Position numbers and translations under genes: made by a program. The notes under the pieces are model-generated. The model was not told the DNA's origin. It saw nothing but the letters and a program-made list of their open reading frames with translations, and ran no database searches. 64,000 nt of DNA from Eubacterium sp. (GTDB lineage Bacteria > Bacillota > Clostridia > Oscillospirales > Acutalibacteraceae): contig JAFLRY010000004.1 of NCBI GenBank assembly GCA_022511205.1, positions 24,202 through 88,201 of the forward strand, given 5' to 3'. Shown here one piece after another: positions 47,447-57,239 of this stretch. Position 1 is the first letter of the stretch, and each line of letters starts with the position of its first letter.

Positions 47447-47919
47447 CGTTTTTTCTCCTTTTTATAGTTGATTATAGTCATTCTTTCGTTTATGATTTTT
47501 CGCTCGCCATACATCACATAGCCAAGCTTTTCGTATAGGTGGATATTGTTTTTCTCTTCTAAAATCGTATCGAGCCGCCATTCGGTTGAATCGGGATATT
47601 TGCGCTCGGCAATTATCAACGCCCGCTGACCGACGCCTTGATTTCTGTATTCGGGAAGAATATAAAAGCGATTTAAAAGCATATGATCGTTTCTGCTCCC
47701 GATCTCCATTGCTCCCGCGATCTTGCCGCCCCAAAGCACCCAGTAACTGTCTATAATTGGATTGAGAAAATGTATGCTGAATTTTTTCAGGCGTTCCGTT
47801 GCGGGGCTGGTATCATAATCTCGATATTTATCAAGGGTGTCTTTAAAGCCTTTTTTCTGGTAACGCCAAGCTTTGAGCATTTCGCGCTTTTTGATTTTTA
47901 CTAATTTGATGTTTTCCAT
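47443..47919 (-). CDS. GNAT family N-acetyltransferase
   Basis: YRNQGVGQRAL motif. The ATG at 47919 is preceded by AGGAGGG. The stop overlaps the next gene's start. Confidence 0.7.
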   Translation of the reverse strand: MENIKLVKIKKREMLKAWRYQKKGFKDTLDKYRDYDTSPATERLKKFSIHFLNPIIDSYWVLWGGKIAGAMEIGSRNDHMLLNRFYILPEYRNQGVGQRALIIAERKYPDSTEWRLDTILEEKNNIHLYEKLGYVMYGERKIINERMTIINYKKEKKR

Positions 47920-47931
47920 ATCTTTCCCTCC

Positions 47932-47972
47932 TAAAAAAATAACCGCTGACGAACTTGTGTTCATCAGCGGTT
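47932..47972 (-). terminator. Intrinsic terminator (downstream of rlmH, just before the GNAT SD)
   Basis: About 14-bp stem aaccgctgacgaac / gttcatcagcggtt followed on the minus strand by ATTTTTTT. Confidence 0.6.
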
Positions 47973-48152
47973 TAATATGCTATCGCAAAATCACGATTTA
48001 AATAACCCCAAATGAACACACGACAAATAATCCCATGCGTAATCCATGAGATAAAGATCGTTGTTCATTTTTGAGTTTCTGTAAATCATAACTAAAATTC
48101 CTTTGTTTTCTTTAGTTAATATTAACAAACAAATATAGATTTGTCAACATCG

Positions 48153-48632
48153 TTATTTATGATATTTTGAATTGTTGCTTATCGAAAACGCGCGGTATAC
48201 CTGTTCCAGAAGCACCATTCTTGCAAGCTGGTGGGGAAGAGTAAGCTTGCCGAAGGAAAACTTTATCTTGCCGAGCGCCTTGACCTCATCGGAAATTCCA
48301 AACGATCCGCCGATTATAAATGTAACCGCAGAATGCTCAAGGCTTATTTTTTCAAGCTGAGCGGAGAATTCGGGAGAGGAAAACTCTTTTCCCTCAATGC
48401 AAAGGGGAATAACACAGCTCCCCTTTGGGATTTTGGCGATAATGCGCGCGCCCTCTTTTTCGATTACGTTTTTGATTTCCGAATCGGACGGATCATCGCC
48501 GCAACGCTCCTCCGCCACCTCGATAACGTTCACCTTTGAAAAAGCCGAAATACGCTTGATATATTCAGCGCAGCCGTCTCTCAGATACTGCTCCTTTAGC
48601 TTGCCAACGCAAACAACGTTCACACTTATCAT
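48153..48632 (-). CDS. rlmH: 23S rRNA (pseudouridine1915-N3)-methyltransferase
   Basis: 159 aa SPOUT fold. The C-terminal LPHQLARMVLLEQVYRAFSI...YHK signature is present. Confidence 0.9.
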   Translation of the reverse strand: MISVNVVCVGKLKEQYLRDGCAEYIKRISAFSKVNVIEVAEERCGDDPSDSEIKNVIEKEGARIIAKIPKGSCVIPLCIEGKEFSSPEFSAQLEKISLEHSAVTFIIGGSFGISDEVKALGKIKFSFGKLTLPHQLARMVLLEQVYRAFSISNNSKYHK

Positions 48633-49429
48633 AAAACGATCAGTCCTCCGTTATTCTCCGGCGCTGAAACGTAGAGCCTGTAATCTGCGTTTTCTTTAGC
48701 CCCGATCTCAGCGAGAGCGGCAATTGCGCTCTGCCTTGCGATTTCAGGCACATTGTTTTCCTTGCTTAAATGGGACAGCACAAAGCGGGTGGTGCCGCCC
48801 TGCAAAAGCTCTTTGGCAAATTCGCCGGCGGCGAAATTTGAAAGATGGCCTTTTGCCGATAGTATTCTTTTTTTCAGTATGTAGGGATAGGGTCCGTTTT
48901 CAAGCATTGAAATTTCGTGATTTGATTCAAGAAAGATCATATCCGTGCCCGCGAGAGTTATCTTAGCATCGTCCGTAACGTAGCCCGTATCGGTGCAAAC
49001 GGAGATCTTTCTGCCGTCTGAAAGTGTGAATTTATAGCCCAAGCAGGAGACGGAATCGTGGGAATTCCTGAAGGCCTCGGCCCTGATGCCGTCAAGCTCA
49101 AGAAATCGGTCTATTTCAAAGGCGCTTACTTTTTCATTGATTATCTGCACTCGGCGCATTTCCTCAAGGGTTTCGGGAGACGCGAAAACGGGAATTTTAT
49201 GCTTCGAGGCAAACACCCGCACGCCGGAAACGTGATCGTGGTGCTCGTGTGTAACGAAGATCGCCCTGATGCTTTTGGGATCAACGCCGATCCTGCCCAG
49301 CGCGATCTCGCATCTTTTTGCCGAAACGCCGATGTCCACCAGCACTCCGCCGTTTCCGGACCCAATATATATTGAATTTCCCGAGCTCCCCGAAAAGAGC
49401 TGACACGCTTTTGCCATAGTTTTCTCCAT
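48629..49429 (-). CDS. MBL-fold metallo-hydrolase (YycJ/WalJ-like)
   Basis: THEHHDH metal-binding motif. 266 aa. Classical position upstream of rlmH in Firmicutes. Confidence 0.8.
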   Translation of the reverse strand: MEKTMAKACQLFSGSSGNSIYIGSGNGGVLVDIGVSAKRCEIALGRIGVDPKSIRAIFVTHEHHDHVSGVRVFASKHKIPVFASPETLEEMRRVQIINEKVSAFEIDRFLELDGIRAEAFRNSHDSVSCLGYKFTLSDGRKISVCTDTGYVTDDAKITLAGTDMIFLESNHEISMLENGPYPYILKKRILSAKGHLSNFAAGEFAKELLQGGTTRFVLSHLSKENNVPEIARQSAIAALAEIGAKENADYRLYVSAPENNGGLIVL

Positions 49430-49532
49430 TCAGGCAAAGCAAACCAAATCCAAACACGGTTTATTGGTTGCTTTACCTATGTTTCAAAAAACAAGGGTGA
49501 CGAACGTCACCCTTATATACTGTAAAATTTAT

Positions 49533-50819
49533 TTAACCCACTTCAGCCACAATATTGGCTTCGCTTACCTCAACGCGCTTTATAACAGCGCCGAGATTAG
49601 AGAATTTTTCGATAACGTCCTCGTAGCCGCGGTCTATATACTGCACGCCCTCGATAATTGTTTCGCCCTTAGCGATAAGGCCTGCAATGATGAGCGCCGC
49701 GCCCGCGCGAAGATCGGTAGCCATAACCTTAACGCCGCAGAGCTCTTTTACGCCGTCGATGATCGCAAGCTTGCCGTCCACCTGAATATTGGCGCCCATT
49801 CTGGTGAGCTGACCAACGTATTGGAAGCGGTTATCCCATACGGATTCAGATAAAAGTGAAGTACCGTTAGCAACTGAAAGAAGCACTGCCATCTGGGGTT
49901 GCATATCCGTTGGGAAGCCCGGGTGGGGCATAGTTTTAACGTTGCACTTGTTGAGGGGCTTAAATCTTGTTACACGGATCGCGTCGTCATACTCGATAAC
50001 TTCCGCGCCGGCTTCAATAAGCTTTGCGGTAATAGATTCAAGGTGCTTCGGGATCACGTTTTTAACGAAAACGTCTCCGCCGCAGGCAGCCGCAGCAAGC
50101 ATATACGTTCCCGCCTCGATCTGATCGGGAATTATGGAATAGGTGCAGCCGTGGAGCTTTTCAACACCGCGGATTTTTATAACGTCCGTGCCGGCGCCTC
50201 TAACGTCCGCGCCCATGGAGTTGAGAAAGTTTGCCACGTCAACTATATGGGGTTCTTTAGCGGCATTTTCAATAACCGTAAGCCCTCTTGCGAGAACGGC
50301 GGCAAGCATAATATTTATAGTTGCGCCAACGGAAACGTTATCCATATAAATGGAAGTTCCCACAAGCTTCTCAGCGCTGGCGTAAACCATTCCGTTAGCG
50401 ATCTCAACGCTTGCCCCAAGCATTTCAAAGCCCTTCTTATGAAGGTCTATGGGACGCACTCCGAAATCACAGCCGCCGGGAAGTGCAACCTCGGCGTTCT
50501 TGTATCTGCCGAGCATCGCGCCGATGAGATAATAGCTTGCTCTGAAATGAGAAGTCAGATCGGACGGTACGCTTTTATTCTTTATATATCTTGAATCGAT
50601 CTCAATAGTATCGGCATTGACAAGCTTAATGTCAGCGCCCATGCTATCAAGAATTTTAATGATATATGAAACGTCCGAAATTTTAGGTATGTTTTCGATC
50701 CTGACAACGTCGTTGGCAAGGATCGCTGCGGGTATAATGGCAACAGCCGCGTTTTTGGCTCCGCCGATATTAACTTCGCCGAAAAGCTCGTGTCCGCCCT
50801 CGATAACAAAATTTTCCAA
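49533..50819 (-). CDS. murA: UDP-N-acetylglucosamine 1-carboxyvinyltransferase
   Basis: 428 aa. GGAKNAAVAI and LPGGCDFGVRPID (catalytic Cys loop) are present. TTG start after AGAGGGA. Confidence 0.93.
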   Translation of the reverse strand: MENFVIEGGHELFGEVNIGGAKNAAVAIIPAAILANDVVRIENIPKISDVSYIIKILDSMGADIKLVNADTIEIDSRYIKNKSVPSDLTSHFRASYYLIGAMLGRYKNAEVALPGGCDFGVRPIDLHKKGFEMLGASVEIANGMVYASAEKLVGTSIYMDNVSVGATINIMLAAVLARGLTVIENAAKEPHIVDVANFLNSMGADVRGAGTDVIKIRGVEKLHGCTYSIIPDQIEAGTYMLAAAACGGDVFVKNVIPKHLESITAKLIEAGAEVIEYDDAIRVTRFKPLNKCNVKTMPHPGFPTDMQPQMAVLLSVANGTSLLSESVWDNRFQYVGQLTRMGANIQVDGKLAIIDGVKELCGVKVMATDLRAGAALIIAGLIAKGETIIEGVQYIDRGYEDVIEKFSNLGAVIKRVEVSEANIVAEVG

Positions 50820-51253
50820 ATCGATTCCCTCTTAACTAAAGACTTATAATATAAGGTAAGTAAAAGCAAAAATGCGAATTTGTAATCAAATGCATTCGGA
50901 GTACAGCGCCCGTAAACCTGTGTGAAACAGACAATATCGCCTATGGTGCTATACTTCTTTGCTATTTTAACACAGTGTTTCAAAAAAATAAAGCCCTTTT
51001 AATATTTCGATACACTTTTGTAACATTTATTTTCGACCGAAAACAACAATATATATGGCTGAAACCGATAAAATGATGCTAAATAAAGTGAAAAAATTTT
51101 TTTAAAAAAATTTACAAAATCACACATTTACAATATTTACAAAAGAATTACACGCTTATTTCGCTTATGTTCTGTTATATTATTAGTGAAAAAAGAGCGG
51201 TTTATTACAAAGTAAATTCATCATTTTAAAGAAAATTTTGAATGAAATTTTAT

Positions 51254-51280
51254 ATAAAAAGAGCAGTCCGAAGACTGCTC
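51254..51280 (-). terminator. Intrinsic terminator after the metallophosphoesterase gene
   Basis: Stem gagcagtc / gactgctc with a CGAA loop, followed by TTTTTATATA on the minus strand. Confidence 0.75.
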
Positions 51281-51290
51281 TGAAATTTCA

Positions 51291-52661
51291 TTAAATCGTA
51301 GCGTGCTGATTGTTTATTTCTCCGCCGGTGAGCGCATTATCGAATGCCTTTATCAGCTCCTCGGTAAAATCAGCGTCTCGCTTCAGTGACGAAAGACCGC
51401 GGATGACGCCAACCACCAGCTCGTAATAATCGCTTCCTTTTTCCGTAGTATCAAGCGCGCCGTCCAAAACCGAAAGAAATATCTCGTCTATAAAATCCTT
51501 AAGGGGCTTGTAATGATATCTTTGAACAGCGGCTTTCGGAACATATTTGGCAAGCCCAAACGCTTTTAAAAGCTTATAAACGTCGTAGGCAAGCATAGTA
51601 TCAAGCTTATGCAATATAGGCCTCGCAATTACCCAATAGGCGCTTAGCTTTTTACCGCTCAGCTGAAGCGCGGAAAGCCTCTCGGAAAAATCTTCCTTTG
51701 TTTTGCATTCAAGCACCCGGTTGATCACGTTTGCGGCGTGCTTTGCGAGAAACGGCATTGCCTCAATTTCTCTGCCGTTTAAAATGACGCTTTTCAGGTG
51801 ATCAACGTCATAAGTAATAGTATCGTTATCATTTACCGTAACGGTAACGATGGGCGCGGGATAACCGCAAAGAGAGCCCACGTTCACCTCGGTTATTGTA
51901 TTGCCTTTTTCGCTTGTGAATTTAGCGGTGCTTTGCATATGGCTGTGGCCCACAAACATATATTTTAGCCCCGTGTCCGCAAAGCGGGAGGCAACGTGAT
52001 CCCTGTCGGCAACGCAGACAGAGCCGATCGCTATAAGCGGCGATATGTGGGGCATAAGCAGATGATGCTCCGCGCCGATGATCATACAGCCGTCACACTT
52101 CGCGTTTTCGATCTGCCGTTCTATCCACTGCCAGCAATCCTCGGTAAAGCCCGCGTGATCGTTTTCGTTTTTATCGTCATTCAGGCAAAGGACTCTCAGC
52201 TTGTTACCAAGCTGAACTGTATAACAGATTGTGCCGATTTTGGTGATGAAGCTGTCTATTGCCTGTGCAGGGCCGAAATCCTTATAGAATTCGGGAAGCT
52301 CGTCGCTCCTCATAACCTCCACGTCATTTGAAACTGTATCGCCGTCAAAGCGCCTTGGGTTGCCGTCACAGCACCAGTCGTGGGTAGCGGTGATAACGAA
52401 AACCGGCTTTGATTTTTTCAGATCGTAAAGCTTTTCGCGGAATTCGACATGAGAAGCTCTTTCGCCGTTATTCGAAAGATCGCCCAAAATAAACACCGCG
52501 TCCGTATCGCTTTCGGCAATCTGCTTGAAGGCGGAATCTATAATCTCCCCGGTTTCGGCAAGGCATTTCTGATCCGAGCCTGAGCGAAGCTCGTATGCCT
52601 TTCCCGTAGTTCCGAGTGTTTTTGAATAATGGTGTGTGTCCGCAATAAAAGTGATTTTCAT
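51291..52661 (-). CDS. Metallophosphoesterase with a roughly 200-aa helical C-terminal domain
   Basis: Calcineurin-like motifs DTHH, GDLSNNG and GHSH. 456 aa. Confidence 0.7.
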   Translation of the reverse strand: MKITFIADTHHYSKTLGTTGKAYELRSGSDQKCLAETGEIIDSAFKQIAESDTDAVFILGDLSNNGERASHVEFREKLYDLKKSKPVFVITATHDWCCDGNPRRFDGDTVSNDVEVMRSDELPEFYKDFGPAQAIDSFITKIGTICYTVQLGNKLRVLCLNDDKNENDHAGFTEDCWQWIERQIENAKCDGCMIIGAEHHLLMPHISPLIAIGSVCVADRDHVASRFADTGLKYMFVGHSHMQSTAKFTSEKGNTITEVNVGSLCGYPAPIVTVTVNDNDTITYDVDHLKSVILNGREIEAMPFLAKHAANVINRVLECKTKEDFSERLSALQLSGKKLSAYWVIARPILHKLDTMLAYDVYKLLKAFGLAKYVPKAAVQRYHYKPLKDFIDEIFLSVLDGALDTTEKGSDYYELVVGVIRGLSSLKRDADFTEELIKAFDNALTGGEINNQHATI

Positions 52662-52674
52662 ATTTCCCGCTCCG

Positions 52675-53256
52675 CTATTTTATTTTTGTGATTTTATCAC
52701 CCTTAACGAGATAGACGTTATCGGCAATATCCATCATGGCTTTATCGTTCATGGAATCGGTATAAAAATTCTCTATGTGAGCGTCGGGATAAAGCTCGTT
52801 AAATATTTTCACCTTGTTTTCAAGAAAGCAAAGTCGGGTGAATTTCCCCGTTTCCCTGTCTATGCTTGAGCCAACGTAGTTTTTGATATTCATTCGCTTC
52901 GCTATTTCGTCAAGGATAAAATCGGTTGTTCCGGAAACGATGATGTCGCTTTCTTTCCTGACGGTTTCGTACCACGGCTTGATCTTCTTTTCGTTTTTAT
53001 TCCAAAAATCAACGATGTGTTCGGTAGGATCGCCGGCGTTTACGTAATATCCTTCAAGAAAAGAGGCGTACGCCTTTATCGCTTCCTCCACCGTAAAGAG
53101 ATGCAGACCGTCCTTTATAGCTATAACGATAAGCTTGGGGATATATTTCCAAATCTTTATATCTCGCTTAACATAATAAAGGATAAAGTCGACGAGAGTC
53201 TCGCCGTCATATATCGTGTTATCAAAATCAAAAACGTTAACGTTCAATTGCTTCAC
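52675..53256 (-). CDS. HAD-superfamily hydrolase
   Basis: DFDNT (DxDxT) motif I, SGT motif II and a distal DSMND. 193 aa. Confidence 0.7.
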   Translation of the reverse strand: MKQLNVNVFDFDNTIYDGETLVDFILYYVKRDIKIWKYIPKLIVIAIKDGLHLFTVEEAIKAYASFLEGYYVNAGDPTEHIVDFWNKNEKKIKPWYETVRKESDIIVSGTTDFILDEIAKRMNIKNYVGSSIDRETGKFTRLCFLENKVKIFNELYPDAHIENFYTDSMNDKAMMDIADNVYLVKGDKITKIK

Positions 53257-53428
53257 CGCTCTAAATATATACTGATTTTATATTAACAAATCATGTGAAA
53301 TAAATCAATATTTTCCGCCGTTGAAGCTAAAATTCTTGACATAGTGCGAAATTAAATATATATTAGAATAAGTATATTTAAATATAATATATTTATTTTA
53401 TGCATTCCGTAAGGCACAGGTTCATTTT

Positions 53429-54754
53429 ATGAGAAAAAACAATCCTATTAAAACAGACATTATTATCGTAGGCAGCGGTGTAGCGGGGCTTTTTGCCGCC
53501 CTTTGTCTGCCAAGGGATAAGGAGATCCTTATCATCACCAAAGAGGATCTCAAGGAGTGCGATTCCTACCTTGCCCAGGGCGGCGTTTGTGTGCTTAAGA
53601 GCATTGATGATTTCAACTGCTATTTTGAGGACACGATGAAGGCGGGTCACTACGAAAACGATCCCGAAAGCGTTCGCGTTATGATAGAATCCTCCCCGGA
53701 GATAATCGGTAAAGTGGTTGATCTCGGCGTTAAGTTTGATACGGATAATGACGGCGATTTCGACTATACGAGAGAGGGCGCTCACAGGCAAAACCGCATT
53801 CTTCACCACAAGGATGAAACGGGTAAGGAGATCACAGCCACGCTGCTTTCCATTGCTCTTGAGCGTGAGAATATTACCCTTGTTCCCCAAACCACAATGG
53901 TTGATATTATTGAAAAGAACAATATTTGCTACGGCATCGTCTGCGAGGACGAATATGGAGAAAAGGGTACGATAGTTGCCGATGATATCATTCTCGCCAC
54001 CGGCGGCATCGGCGGGCTTTTCAACAATTCAACGAATTTCCCCCATATAACGGGCGACGCTTTTGCCATTGCCCTTATGCACGGCATTGAGCTTAAGGAT
54101 ATGAATTATATCCAGATCCACCCAACAACACTTTACAGCAAAAAAGAGGGCAGGCGCTTCCTTATAAGCGAGAGCGTTCGCGGTGAGGGTGCTATACTGC
54201 TCAATGAAGACGGCAAAAGATTTACGGACGAGCTTCAACCCCGCGACGTGGTGACAGACGCTATCTGTAAGGAAATGGAAAAATTCGGAACGGATCACGT
54301 TTATATAACGCTCCCCGGAATGGCCAGCGAGGAGGCAAAGGAACGCTTCCCCAACATCTTTGAGGCGTGCATGGAGGAGGGCTACGATATCACGAAGGAC
54401 AGAGTACCCGTTACTCCCGGCCAGCACTATATGATGGGCGGCATCAAGACGGATATCAACGGCAAAACTTCTATGGAGCATCTCTACGCGGTGGGAGAGA
54501 CCGCTTGCACGGGCGTTCACGGCAAAAACAGACTTGCTTCAAACAGTCTGCTGGAAAGCCTCGTTTTCTCAAAGCGCGCGGCGGATCTTATAGCCGCCTC
54601 AAACGGTGAAAAAGAGGGCGAGATCCCCGATGTTGATCCCTATTCCTACCCCGAAAAAGCGGTTCGTGAAAAGAATTTCAAGAATCTTATAATGAATGAA
54701 ATCAAGAGAAAGGACAGAGCCTTTTATGATAAATGGTGTAACGATGAAAATTAA
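53429..54754 (+). CDS. nadB: L-aspartate oxidase
   Basis: IIVGSGVAGL FAD motif and the GGIKTD / HGKNRLASNSLLE signatures. Followed by nadC. Confidence 0.9.
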   Translation: MRKNNPIKTDIIIVGSGVAGLFAALCLPRDKEILIITKEDLKECDSYLAQGGVCVLKSIDDFNCYFEDTMKAGHYENDPESVRVMIESSPEIIGKVVDLGVKFDTDNDGDFDYTREGAHRQNRILHHKDETGKEITATLLSIALERENITLVPQTTMVDIIEKNNICYGIVCEDEYGEKGTIVADDIILATGGIGGLFNNSTNFPHITGDAFAIALMHGIELKDMNYIQIHPTTLYSKKEGRRFLISESVRGEGAILLNEDGKRFTDELQPRDVVTDAICKEMEKFGTDHVYITLPGMASEEAKERFPNIFEACMEEGYDITKDRVPVTPGQHYMMGGIKTDINGKTSMEHLYAVGETACTGVHGKNRLASNSLLESLVFSKRAADLIAASNGEKEGEIPDVDPYSYPEKAVREKNFKNLIMNEIKRKDRAFYDKWCNDEN

Positions 54755-55583
54755 CGTTGACGAGTATATTCTCAACACTTTGCGCGAGGACATAACCAGC
54801 GAGGACGTTTCCACCAACGCCGTTATGCCCGAGGACAGGCAGGGAAAAGCGGAACTCATCTGCAAGCAGGACGGCGTTATCTGCGGCCTCGGTATTTTTG
54901 AGCGCACCTTTAAATTGTTGGATGAAACATCACGTTTTGAAACCGAAGTCAAAGACGGCGATTTCGTAAAAAAAGGTCAGCTTATCGGCGTTATTTACGG
55001 CGATATCAAGGCGATCCTTTCGGGCGAGAGAACGGGGCTTAACTATCTCCAGCGAATGAGCGGCATCGCCACCATGACGAGGGAATATATGGATGAGCTT
55101 AAGGGCTACAAGACCGTTTTGCTTGATACGAGAAAGACTACGCCCAATATGCGCCCCTTTGAAAAATACGCCGTAACAGTCGGCGGAGCGACCAACCACC
55201 GCTATAATCTTTCGGACGGCGTGCTTCTGAAAGACAATCACATCGGCGCTGCGGGCTCGATCACTAAGGCTATTCAGATGGCTAAGGCATATGCGCCTTT
55301 TGTAAGAAAGATAGAGATCGAAACGGAAACCCTCGAGCAGGTGCAGGAGGCTCTTGATGCCGGCGCTGATATCATCATGCTTGACAATATGGATAATGAA
55401 ACGATGAAAAAGGCTGTTGAAATGATCGGCGGCAAGGCGCAGACCGAGTGTTCGGGTAACGTTACGAAAGCACGCCTTAAGGAGATCGCGGAGATCGGCG
55501 TTGATTTCGTATCCTGCGGCGCGCTGACCCACTCCGCCCCCATTATGGACGTAAGCCTTAAAAACCTGACCCCCATTGAATAA
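54744..55583 (+). CDS. nadC: Nicotinate-nucleotide diphosphorylase (carboxylating)
   Basis: LDTRKTTPNMR, KDNH and MLDNM motifs. The ATG at 54744 overlaps the nadB stop by 11 nt. Confidence 0.9.
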   Translation: MKINVDEYILNTLREDITSEDVSTNAVMPEDRQGKAELICKQDGVICGLGIFERTFKLLDETSRFETEVKDGDFVKKGQLIGVIYGDIKAILSGERTGLNYLQRMSGIATMTREYMDELKGYKTVLLDTRKTTPNMRPFEKYAVTVGGATNHRYNLSDGVLLKDNHIGAAGSITKAIQMAKAYAPFVRKIEIETETLEQVQEALDAGADIIMLDNMDNETMKKAVEMIGGKAQTECSGNVTKARLKEIAEIGVDFVSCGALTHSAPIMDVSLKNLTPIE

Positions 55584-55584
55584 T

Positions 55585-57201
55585 ATGAAACTGATTTTAC
55601 TTTCCTCTCTTGAAAAGATTATGAGAAATGAAGCTCCGAGCAATAAAGAATTTCGGGGCTTCTCTATGCTTAATAATGAAAAAAAGTCTTTTCAGCTTTA
55701 TATCGAAGCGGAGCACGATGCCGTCAGCCTTGAGATAAAGTCTGATTTGGACTGCGTTCATGCCTACACAGTCGAGTATATCCCAAGCAAATTTGCGATC
55801 AACGAAAAGACTGCCGACGATTACGTTATAAGAAGCGAAGACGGCTATTATCCCGATCTGCTTCTGCCTGTGGAGGAAGATATCAAGCTTGAAAACGGAA
55901 AAAAGACCCTGTGGTTTGAAATAGATTCCGAGGATACTATCCCTGCGGGAGAACACGTTATTGAATTGACGGTTTCAAGCGGCGCTGAGCGGGAAACCGC
56001 CGCGCTGACTATAGAGGTTATCAATTGCCCCCTTGAAAAGCAAAGCCTTATTTTCACAAACTGGTTTCACACGGATTGCCTTATGGATGAATACAAGGTC
56101 GGCGCTTTTTCCGATGAATATTGGCGCATCGCCAAAAGCTATCTGAAAACAGCCGTAAGGCACGGGATGAACTGCGTTTTAACGCCGCTATTCACACCTC
56201 CGCTTGACACGCAGGTGTTCGGTGAACGTCCCACTGTTCAGCTTGTTGACGTTACCGTGAGCAAGGGCAAATACACCTTTAATTTCGATAAGCTTATAAA
56301 ATGGATCGATATGGCGCACGCCTGCGGCATTGAATATTTTGAAATGTCCCATTTCTTTACGCAATGGGGCGCGAAGCACGCGCCGAAAATCGTGGCAACG
56401 GTGAACGGCAAAGCGAAAAAAATATTCGGCTGGAAAACCTTAGCCGTATCAAAGAAATACAGAAATTTCTTAACTCAGTTTTCAACGGAGCTTAAGGCAT
56501 TCATTGAAAAACGCGAGCTAAAGGACAAGGTGCTTATCCACGTCAGCGACGAGCCGAATAAATCCACCTACCACACCTACGTTCCCGCTTCCAAGCTTAT
56601 ACATAAGCTGTTTGAGGGCTACAAGATCGTTGACGCCCTTTCGGAGTATAAGTTTTATGAAGAAGGCATCGTCACCGGCCCCATAGTGAACAACATAAGC
56701 GTTAAGAATTTTATAGGAAAAGTGCCGGAGCTTTGGACTTATTACTGCACCGGGCAGGATCACGAATACGTTTCAAACAGATATTTCTCCATTCCCTCCG
56801 TTCGAAACAGAGTGCTTGGCTATCAGTTGTATAAATTTAACGCCGTGGGATTTTTGCACTGGGGCTTCAATTTCTGGTATACGAGATTTTCAAGAAAAAA
56901 GATAAATCCGTATGAGATTACGGATGCGGGCGGAAGCTTCCAGTCAGGCGACAGCTTTGTAGTTTATCCGGGAAGCAACGGCGCGCCCCTTTGCTCCCTT
57001 AGGCTAAAGGTTTTCTACGATGCGTTTCAGGATATGATGGCGCTTCAAACCCTCGAAAAGCTTGCGGGCAGGGAAGCGGCGCTTTCGATCCTTGAACAGG
57101 GGCTTGATGAAGAACTGACTTTCTCGTGTTATCCCCATTCGGACGAATGGCTTCTTGAAACGAGAGAAAGAATAAATCGCACAATAAAAGATTATATATA
57201 A
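55585..57201 (+). CDS. DUF4091-like protein (glycoside-hydrolase-like TIM barrel, function unknown)
   Basis: About 540 aa, no signal peptide. The N-terminal beta domain plus a central barrel-like region resemble the DUF4091 family as I recall it. Starts 2 nt after the nadC stop. Confidence 0.45.
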   Translation: MKLILLSSLEKIMRNEAPSNKEFRGFSMLNNEKKSFQLYIEAEHDAVSLEIKSDLDCVHAYTVEYIPSKFAINEKTADDYVIRSEDGYYPDLLLPVEEDIKLENGKKTLWFEIDSEDTIPAGEHVIELTVSSGAERETAALTIEVINCPLEKQSLIFTNWFHTDCLMDEYKVGAFSDEYWRIAKSYLKTAVRHGMNCVLTPLFTPPLDTQVFGERPTVQLVDVTVSKGKYTFNFDKLIKWIDMAHACGIEYFEMSHFFTQWGAKHAPKIVATVNGKAKKIFGWKTLAVSKKYRNFLTQFSTELKAFIEKRELKDKVLIHVSDEPNKSTYHTYVPASKLIHKLFEGYKIVDALSEYKFYEEGIVTGPIVNNISVKNFIGKVPELWTYYCTGQDHEYVSNRYFSIPSVRNRVLGYQLYKFNAVGFLHWGFNFWYTRFSRKKINPYEITDAGGSFQSGDSFVVYPGSNGAPLCSLRLKVFYDAFQDMMALQTLEKLAGREAALSILEQGLDEELTFSCYPHSDEWLLETRERINRTIKDYI

Positions 57202-57239
57202 ATAGCGGAAGGATTTGCTCCTTCCGCTATAAGTTTTTT
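57202..57239. terminator. Bidirectional terminator
   Basis: 12-bp stem atagcggaagga / tccttccgctat followed by AAGTTTTTT. Lies between convergent genes. Confidence 0.75.
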
